From positions 32,001 through 96,000 of the IMG/VR virus record IMGVR_UViG_3300011560_000001: DNA of 64,000 nt. One strand, given 5' to 3'. Origin of the DNA: a virus (taxonomy: Duplodnaviria > Caudoviricetes). Made by a program: the position numbers and the translations under genes. A model generated the notes under the pieces. That model searched no databases, was not told where the DNA came from, and saw only the letters and a program-made list of their open reading frames with translations. This document shows, in pieces, positions 57,272-64,000 of the stretch; position 1 is the stretch's first letter; each line of letters opens with the position of its first letter.

Positions 57272-58114
57272 TTATTTTTTCGCGTTCTTTTTAACAGCGT
57301 CCCAAGTGTCGTTATATGCGATGATCGCCTCAGCCAAAGCGTTCACGAGAAACGCATACAGTTCAGCCTGCTTGGCTGTTTGGTAGATAGCGTCACTAAT
57401 ATCGCGAATCATCGCGTTGCTCACCGCACCTTCATTGTAGTCTTGAACCAGGATTTCGGTTAAGCGGTCAGCCACTTCCATGAAACGTTCGATTGCTTTC
57501 TTCACGTCTTTAGGATTAACGTCGAGCGCACGGATACGGGAAGCGTCCAGATCTTTTCCGATCTGACGGATATCGTCTTCGTTCTTATATGCGCGACCTA
57601 CAGTGGTCTGTGTTACCGTCCCACGTTTGAACATCGCACGTAACGTCTCTAAAACGTTCTCTGGGTCGTTTTTAGGTAGTGTTTGAGCCATACCACTACT
57701 ACGACGGAAGTTGACGTCATTGACGGCTTTAGCGCACGTTACGGTCAACTTATCTAAATCGGGTAGGATGGTGCCAATTACGTTATCCTGGCTCTGGGTT
57801 AGAGCAACAACATAATCTGACATCGGTGCATTTAAACCATTCGGAATAAAAGCACGATACCCAATGAGGTCGCTGTATGCGTTGTTGCTAAAGATGGTGT
57901 CGAGGTCATCGAAGACTTTAGGATAAACCGTCTCATCACGTTTCTTAAGCCAATCGGTAACAAACTTCTTACCGTTAGTAAACATACTACGAAGATTCGT
58001 TACTGCGGTAAGTGAAGCGAAGTCTTGCGCAAAGCCTTCCATTGATAGAGCACGATGTGAATCCCAAAGGGTCTGCAGCGTAATCGGATCTTCAGGAATG
58101 GTAAATTTATGCAT
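57272..58114 (-). CDS. internal head protein with propeptide (phiKZ gp153-like)
   Basis: N-terminal ALSMEG processing-like site; helical; gene order. Confidence 0.6.
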   Translation of the reverse strand: MHKFTIPEDPITLQTLWDSHRALSMEGFAQDFASLTAVTNLRSMFTNGKKFVTDWLKKRDETVYPKVFDDLDTIFSNNAYSDLIGYRAFIPNGLNAPMSDYVVALTQSQDNVIGTILPDLDKLTVTCAKAVNDVNFRRSSGMAQTLPKNDPENVLETLRAMFKRGTVTQTTVGRAYKNEDDIRQIGKDLDASRIRALDVNPKDVKKAIERFMEVADRLTEILVQDYNEGAVSNAMIRDISDAIYQTAKQAELYAFLVNALAEAIIAYNDTWDAVKKNAKK

Positions 58115-58212
58115 GATAGTCCTCGTGGAAATAGCAGTTGTCAGTCTTAACTAAAAATAGTTATTCTCTGAACACTAAGAATTAGTCGAAGAATCGAAGG
58201 AGTTTTTACCCA

Positions 58213-59703
58213 ATGAATCTTAATAAGTACCTTTCTCCCGGTGAAGAGATGCGTTTTAATCTCAACATTGGTTGCTTAATGGATATTCCCACATCTGGTG
58301 GTCGGTACTACGTCGGTAAACACGGTGAAAGCATTTGTAACGGCGGTATGATGCTTGTTGAGGGCGCAGGCGCTCGCGGCAACATGAACAAAACCACGTT
58401 CATAATGTTTCGCTTGTTACGTGTTATCGACCGTTACGCGAACAGCAATAGTAGCGTTTACGACACAGAAATGTCATTAACGACAACACGTATCTTAACG
58501 CTTGCGATGAACATGTCTAATATCGCAGGTGTCGATCTTTTCGAAGAAGAACGTGTGTTTATCACCGATGCTGTTCAGATGAGTGGTAACATTTGGTTTG
58601 ATGCGATTAAGAAATTCCGTGACGACAAGGTCAAAGATAAATCCCAACGCAAAGCCGTTCCGTTCATTAATAAACATGGCGAGAACTATACCTGGTGGTT
58701 ACCAACCGTTGTACTCATCGACAGTTTCTCTGGATTACCAATCGATGCCGTTGACGCGCTGTTTGATAAAGAAACCGCGGGTGGTGCAAAACTGAATGCT
58801 GAAGCGATGCGTTCGGCAGCAGCAAAAAGCCAGATCCTATCGCAGATGCCGGTACTCACAGCGTCGGCAGGTATCTACATTACCATGACCGCCCACCTCG
58901 GCGACGGCGTAAACGTTGGTGGTATGCCGGGACAGCAGCCAGTACGAAAACTGAAAGGGTTTAAGGGCGATGAGAAGTTTAAGAACGTCCCGGAACGCTT
59001 CACGTTTTATACGAACAACCTCTGGAAAATCGATAAACTGACGATTCTTCAGAACGCTGATAAACGCGTTCTTTATCCGCGTGGGCCTGGTGATAACCTT
59101 ATCGGTGATACCGATCTACAGATGATCCAAGTCTTCAACATGCGTGCTAAAAACGGACCCACCGGCTTACCGTTCCCGATTGTGGTTAGTCAGAGCGAAG
59201 GGGTTAAACCATCATTAACGGAATACCACTACCTGCGTGATAAAGATTGGATGCGTGGTTGGGGTATGCATGCATCGGGTGGTAAGTCAGCTGATGGTGC
59301 TTCAACGGTGTATTTGGATATTTATCCGGATGTTGCGTTGCAGCGCACGACCATTCGTTCTCTCTGTGAAGAAGATGAGTATTTACAACGTGCTCTGGAA
59401 ATTACGTCGGAGCTATGTCAGATGCATAATCTCTGGCGTCAAGAGGTTTACGAAAATCCGCAATTGTATTGCACCCCGCAGGAACTGTACGACGATCTTA
59501 AAGCAAAAGGGTTCGATTGGGATGTGTTGTTAAACACACGCGGTTACTGGACATATCTGGATGATCCTAACCCGCTACCGTTCCTGTCCACAATGGACTT
59601 ATTGCGTATGCGTACCGGTGAGTACTTCCCGTACTGGATGGATGAAAAGACAAAGCAACCAAAGAACCCGGTACCCGCATTAAATCGTCCAAGCAAAAAA
59701 TAA
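58213..59703 (+). CDS. uvsX: RecA/UvsX-like recombinase (phiKZ gp152-like)
   Basis: Divergent P-loop GARGNMNKTT, YDTEMS, VLIDSFS, RAKNGPTG. Confidence 0.8.
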   Translation: MNLNKYLSPGEEMRFNLNIGCLMDIPTSGGRYYVGKHGESICNGGMMLVEGAGARGNMNKTTFIMFRLLRVIDRYANSNSSVYDTEMSLTTTRILTLAMNMSNIAGVDLFEEERVFITDAVQMSGNIWFDAIKKFRDDKVKDKSQRKAVPFINKHGENYTWWLPTVVLIDSFSGLPIDAVDALFDKETAGGAKLNAEAMRSAAAKSQILSQMPVLTASAGIYITMTAHLGDGVNVGGMPGQQPVRKLKGFKGDEKFKNVPERFTFYTNNLWKIDKLTILQNADKRVLYPRGPGDNLIGDTDLQMIQVFNMRAKNGPTGLPFPIVVSQSEGVKPSLTEYHYLRDKDWMRGWGMHASGGKSADGASTVYLDIYPDVALQRTTIRSLCEEDEYLQRALEITSELCQMHNLWRQEVYENPQLYCTPQELYDDLKAKGFDWDVLLNTRGYWTYLDDPNPLPFLSTMDLLRMRTGEYFPYWMDEKTKQPKNPVPALNRPSKK

Positions 59704-59715
59704 AAGGCTGAATAA

Positions 59716-60036
59716 ATGACCGCACCTGCTATCAAGCACGCGCACGAACTGGTTGATGTTATCGCACAGACAATTGCGTCGCATCAGCCAGCGATTGCCG
59801 AGCAATTTAAACACGATCTGCTGGCTCGTGTCCCTGAGTACATGACCTTAGAACACGCCCAAGCCGAAATCAATCGTTATTGGCGATTGCAGTTCGGTGT
59901 ACTAGAAGTAAGTACGTTCTCGGTGCGAGAGTGCTTACTAGACAATCAACCCATTAAAGGATGGATCCATAATTTCCGTGATTACGTTGCGCCCTTTATT
60001 GCACGCAACGTAAAGTCATTGCGCGGTGGAAGATAA
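59716..60036 (+). CDS. conserved hypothetical protein
   Basis: 106 aa within the operon. Confidence 0.7.
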   Translation: MTAPAIKHAHELVDVIAQTIASHQPAIAEQFKHDLLARVPEYMTLEHAQAEINRYWRLQFGVLEVSTFSVRECLLDNQPIKGWIHNFRDYVAPFIARNVKSLRGGR

Positions 60037-60431
60037 GCGAACCCTATCGTGTAGGGGTATCAGGATCACGCTACTGGGATGATTATCCCTTGTTCGAAAA
60101 GCGTATGAACCAGATGTTACATAACCTCCCTCACGACAAAGTTCATCTCATTGCTGGCGGTGCGCGTTCAGGTGCTGATTTGCATGTGCGCCGCTATGCG
60201 AAGGATTACGGGTTTAAATACACCACGTTTCCTGCCGATTGGGATGGCCCTTATCGTAAAGGTGCTGGATTCAGACGCAACGAGTGGATGGGCGATGTCA
60301 TTACGCATCTAGTTGCGTTCTGGGATTTCAAAAGTCCTGGAACAAAACACATGATTGACATCGCCAACCGCGAGGACAAGAACATCATCGTCCAGGTGTT
60401 TCGGGTATTTCCGCAACAGACACGACAATAG
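60033..60431 (+). CDS. SLOG/YspA-like (DUF2493-type) protein, apparent ATA start
   Basis: VGVSGSRYWDDY (upstream of the listed start), GGARSGAD, PADW, AGFRRN, AFWDFKSPGTKHMI. Confidence 0.75.
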   Translation: MSEPYRVGVSGSRYWDDYPLFEKRMNQMLHNLPHDKVHLIAGGARSGADLHVRRYAKDYGFKYTTFPADWDGPYRKGAGFRRNEWMGDVITHLVAFWDFKSPGTKHMIDIANREDKNIIVQVFRVFPQQTRQ

Positions 60432-60440
60432 GAGACGTTT

Positions 60441-61115
60441 ATGTCCAACCGCGCTGCAGCAGAAAAATTCATTCTTGGGTATATCAAAGACTTGGTGGGG
60501 GGATCGAGTCCGACCTACGCTATTTACAAAAAACGTTTTGCTGAAATCGATGATGAGACGTTTGATGCGTATATGCGTTTATGCCGGGATAAGAAAGAGA
60601 TTCTACCCATCTGGGTACCCAATATGAACAAAAACGAGGTGACGATAAAACGCGCACTGGAAGTCGGCAAGAAATACGGTTTCCCCTTCTTCCAACGCGT
60701 TTATCTCACCGATCAGAAAACAGGGCAATTGGTGCTTCGTGACCGCCCAACCAGATTGTACCTGATTCCAAACCGCCGACAAGCCGAAACGCTGAGTGCT
60801 AAAATATCGATTCCGAAAAACAACAACACCAAGGACCAGCTCACCAATCAGCCGACGGGTGATAGTAAAGGTTCCACTTGGAGTCAGCCGGAAATGCAAG
60901 CAACGTTAGGACGATCGATGCCGAACGTGAACCGAGAGTTAATGCAGGCTCGTGGTGGCGATGATAAGAAGTTCAACGCGATGAACCGCATGCTGTTAGA
61001 AACGGGTACCGTAAGCTTGGAACAGCTACCCGAAGACAGCAAGGCAAAATCGGTTTCGGCAGTTGGTGTTATTCTCACCGCAATGCATCTCCAGAATAAC
61101 CTTGATGAGGGCTAA
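60441..61115 (+). CDS. virion RNA polymerase beta-like C-terminal subunit (phiKZ gp149-like)
   Basis: RRQAETL, DQLTNQPTGDSKGSTWSQPEMQA, ARGGD resemble the beta C-terminal region. Confidence 0.8.
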   Translation: MSNRAAAEKFILGYIKDLVGGSSPTYAIYKKRFAEIDDETFDAYMRLCRDKKEILPIWVPNMNKNEVTIKRALEVGKKYGFPFFQRVYLTDQKTGQLVLRDRPTRLYLIPNRRQAETLSAKISIPKNNNTKDQLTNQPTGDSKGSTWSQPEMQATLGRSMPNVNRELMQARGGDDKKFNAMNRMLLETGTVSLEQLPEDSKAKSVSAVGVILTAMHLQNNLDEG

Positions 61116-61117
61116 TT

Positions 61118-61825
61118 ATGTTACGTAGTCGGCTATCACGACGTATCGCAGAAATAAAACGATCGTTCTCCCCAGAGAGCGATACAGCGTTCGAGCTTTT
61201 GTTAGAAGAGCTTGCTTCCGATCGTTACGTGCTTGTTTTAGATGCGACGATGCGAAAGGAAGTTATCGCGTTTACGAAACGTTGGGTGTATTTGTATTCC
61301 CCACCACAACAGTATTCCAGAGGTGCGACAATTCGTGATTGGATTACGAAATTCAGCGTAACGTTCATCCATGATTTGTTTATCCCCGAAAACATGCTCC
61401 GTCTTTGGCGTGAACTCCGTTCTGAAGAAACCCCTTCGTTAATGGGTTTTACGATGGACCTCACAACGCACGTTCGTCGTACGGTGTTCTCAACGGACGA
61501 TGACATCAGTATGCTTGTTGACCATCTTGCTGAAAGTTTTGCATGGATCCATGAAAGCGATCATAAACTGGTGGATGGTATCGCACGGGATTTATTTGCG
61601 GTAGACGAACAGTTCTTTACGGAGTTACCCACCGTTGACGATATTCAGGACATGCTTCGTGCGAATACCTGGATTATTCCGCTGCTTTATTTGCATACCG
61701 TCACCGTTGAAGAATTGGAAGAAATCGGTGAATTGGTATTCAAACAAACAAAAGAGTACGAGAAGAAAATTAAAACGTCTCCCGATATGCAGATGTTAAC
61801 CGGTGAAGCTGGAGAGCAACAATGA
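61118..61825 (+). CDS. conserved hypothetical protein
   Basis: 235 aa, coupled to neighbours. Confidence 0.7.
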   Translation: MLRSRLSRRIAEIKRSFSPESDTAFELLLEELASDRYVLVLDATMRKEVIAFTKRWVYLYSPPQQYSRGATIRDWITKFSVTFIHDLFIPENMLRLWRELRSEETPSLMGFTMDLTTHVRRTVFSTDDDISMLVDHLAESFAWIHESDHKLVDGIARDLFAVDEQFFTELPTVDDIQDMLRANTWIIPLLYLHTVTVEELEEIGELVFKQTKEYEKKIKTSPDMQMLTGEAGEQQ

Positions 61826-62610
61826 CTGGAAGTGCGGCGTTGGTGACGGTGTACGTAGAACTCGAAGCACTGCTTGATATCGAAATGGCGGTAGCAACAA
61901 CGTTGGATCCGGAGGCTATCAGAAAGTGGGGGAAGAAATGGCATTACCGACCCTATAACCTGGAGCCGGAGAAGCAGGCGGGCGTTACTTATACTTACGA
62001 AGAGTTTAAGGACGCGATGGCAAATATCGACGAAACCATTCTCGATAAATGCATCCCGACGGAGTTGATGTGGCGGCTGTGTTATGTGGTCGCGGATTAC
62101 ATGAAAGACCGCTTAACGGGGATTGCTACGCCGGATTTTTCGGTTCACGTGAACACGTACCCGTTTGAATTTGTGGGAGATGCAGCGACCGCATTAAAAG
62201 AAGGTATTCAGCAATACCTCGGTGCGCAAGATAGCGTCGAGATTATTTACCGTCATCCGGCCACACTGCATCCATCAGAAATCCGTAAGACATATAACGC
62301 AATGTTCTTTTACGATTTCAAACGCTGGCATCTCCCCAATCAGATGCTGTTAGAAGACAATCCGATTTGTAACGTGTTGGTTGTCGCCAGACGAATCAGC
62401 GAAACCATCCCTGATTCCGATCTGGCTTACGACAAACTTTACGAAGCAATCGAACTTTCTAACGCACCCGTGATGTTCATGCGGTTCTTTGGGATAAAAT
62501 GGTTCAGCTATTTTATCCCTCCTCGTGTGACGCCTCCGAAGACTGATGATCTGCAGCCATCTTCTGAGATACCTCCTCACGAACCGACTCCGTCAGTTGA
62601 GCCATTCTAG
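61822..62610 (+). CDS. conserved protein, possible degenerate HAD fold
   Basis: N-terminal VYVELEALLD (DxD-like position occupied by Glu); VNTYPF. Confidence 0.55.
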   Translation: MTGSAALVTVYVELEALLDIEMAVATTLDPEAIRKWGKKWHYRPYNLEPEKQAGVTYTYEEFKDAMANIDETILDKCIPTELMWRLCYVVADYMKDRLTGIATPDFSVHVNTYPFEFVGDAATALKEGIQQYLGAQDSVEIIYRHPATLHPSEIRKTYNAMFFYDFKRWHLPNQMLLEDNPICNVLVVARRISETIPDSDLAYDKLYEAIELSNAPVMFMRFFGIKWFSYFIPPRVTPPKTDDLQPSSEIPPHEPTPSVEPF

Positions 62611-63142
62611 CGTAGAAAGCATCACTGGTTTCTTCGACACGTCCCTGGATGAGAACGCCTGGTGAAAACTCCTTGCTATTAAACTCTTCCAACGATGCAA
62701 AACCAAGTCGACGATCGCGTTCTTCAGGCGTAACTGACTTCACGACTTCGCCATCGTAAACAGCCCCTGCTGCGAGAGGATGTTCATCTATCTGACCTAA
62801 GCGGCGCAGCATGGTTTCGGTTAGGGCCTGTGCTGTTTTCAATGCGCTGTCGTTCATAGCCTGGTCGGCGCTGATACGTTTCAACGTTAAGTCGACTTTA
62901 TCGTTATCACCCAACGATTTCAACAACAGCTTACCTATTCGGTCGACGTTTTCGACGTCAACAATGGCTTTATTATCTACACCGGGGTTACGCTCAAAAT
63001 CTTTGAATTCGCTATCTAACAGCATTTCGAGACGTTGAATAAATCGTTGACGGATGTTACGGGTTTCGTCAAGACGGACCTCGAATTTATCGGGTGTCTC
63101 TTGCGGTTCATCATCTACGGGGACAACACCGTATTCGCTCAT
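62513..63142 (-). CDS. hypothetical protein
   Basis: 209 aa, GGAG RBS; 3' end overlaps the convergent gene. Confidence 0.7.
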   Translation of the reverse strand: MSEYGVVPVDDEPQETPDKFEVRLDETRNIRQRFIQRLEMLLDSEFKDFERNPGVDNKAIVDVENVDRIGKLLLKSLGDNDKVDLTLKRISADQAMNDSALKTAQALTETMLRRLGQIDEHPLAAGAVYDGEVVKSVTPEERDRRLGFASLEEFNSKEFSPGVLIQGRVEETSDAFYARMAQLTESVREEVSQKMAADHQSSEASHEEG

Positions 63143-63167
63143 TTTACATTCTCCGTATTGAAAAAAA

Positions 63168-63192
63168 TAACAGGACTATATTACCTTCATGA
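63168..63192 (+). promoter_or_regulatory. putative early promoter
   Basis: TAACAGGACTATATTACCTTCATGA. Confidence 0.65.
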
Positions 63193-63275
63193 TGACTGTC
63201 ATGGAGGCGACGTATAACGTTACCTTCTTGTGATGGTTTCATTGATGCCTGCAAGAATGATACATAGGTGATGCC

Positions 63276-63791
63276 ATGTTACATCGCTTTTTCTTGAGGC
63301 GTGCATTCCAACGTTATAAAAGGAAGACGTTTCAAGATGATAGGCAACGGTTAAACGAACTCTTGTTGCTTTATAAAACAACGTCCTGGGTTCACAACAT
63401 CTACGATATACGCGTTGCACGTAAAACGTATTTACCGTTGTGGTATATGGACGCTGAGTCGTTGATGCTTGACCTTCGCCGTTGGCATCAAGCGTTCGAT
63501 AACGAAGGCAACATAAACATAATAGCATTAGAGGAGAGAACATATGCGATACTAGCACCACAAATCACATTCAATCGTTGGCTTGCTGATGCCGATGGTC
63601 GTGTTATCCAGTTCGACGTTCTCATGCGCGACGTTATCGAGTATGGACGCATACTTGCGACGTGGTTAGACGCGCTAGCGGAACGTGACGATTTGGATGC
63701 GGCTTATGGATTACGCAAAACAAGGAAACTAGCGAGAGACTGTTGCGAACTCCTAACCTTCGCACTCAGTCAGTACACTGGTGTATTATGA
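63276..63791 (+). CDS. hypothetical protein
   Basis: 171 aa, AGGTG RBS. Confidence 0.7.
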   Translation: MLHRFFLRRAFQRYKRKTFQDDRQRLNELLLLYKTTSWVHNIYDIRVARKTYLPLWYMDAESLMLDLRRWHQAFDNEGNINIIALEERTYAILAPQITFNRWLADADGRVIQFDVLMRDVIEYGRILATWLDALAERDDLDAAYGLRKTRKLARDCCELLTFALSQYTGVL

Positions 63792-64000
63792 CAAATAAAT
63801 ATAATGAAGTCTCTTTCCGAGCACGCATTAATCCGCTTAAGCGTTGTGACGAAAACGATGATGAAAATCCTCAAAGTAATCGAGGACGAGCGACTAACTA
63901 CAATCACGGTAACAATTTCTGGACGCCTACGGGTAGACAGGATTTCCTTACGGAGTTCCTGTTGCAGATTTATACGGAGAGAGGGATCGGCGCAAATCAG
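63788..64000 (+). CDS. 5' part of a hypothetical protein (runs off the window)
   Basis: ATGA overlap; MTNKYNEVSFRARINPLK... open to the end of the window. Confidence 0.6.
   Translation, partial: MTNKYNEVSFRARINPLKRCDENDDENPQSNRGRATNYNHGNNFWTPTGRQDFLTEFLLQIYTERGIGANQ

Noticed and set aside
1-64000. tRNA, rRNA, introns or inteins
   Set aside because: No cloverleaf or rRNA signatures were noticed by eye and the core genes look uninterrupted; tRNAscan and Infernal were not run.

Overview
This 64-kb window is part of a phiKZ-like jumbo myophage genome (Chimalliviridae-type). Codon bias in the highly expressed structural genes suggests an enterobacterial host. Recognisable core genes are a DnaB-like helicase, the major capsid protein (MCP), beta-type subunits of the non-virion and virion RNA polymerases, portal, baseplate and tail-fibre proteins, a GH108 endolysin, a tail spike, SbcC/Rad50, RuvC, thymidylate kinase, RNase H and RecA/UvsX. 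Early-gene islands sit behind a TAYATTAC promoter motif. phiKZ gp numbers are assigned from recalled motifs and gene order, not from a search. Top observation: the MCP stop (TGA, 9234-9236) is followed in frame by 28 codons encoding LDDILDDNVADGFIAPDI. This closely matches the C-terminal peptide of a 176-aa gp131-like protein (LATVLANNVAEGFEKPTI). The same spacing pattern recurs in four other gp131-like paralogues and as tandem repeats at the end of a baseplate-region protein. Together these suggest a modular docking-peptide fibre system, anchored on the capsid by stop-codon readthrough and on the baseplate by peptide repeats. Other highlights are an origin-like cluster of GNA-triloop and sheared-GA DNA hairpins, an 11-copy family of internally looped terminator-like hairpins, a predicted ADP-ribosyltransferase, a possible ATA-start SLOG gene and a putative heteromeric tail-fibre tip. 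No tRNA, rRNA, CRISPR array or IS was seen.
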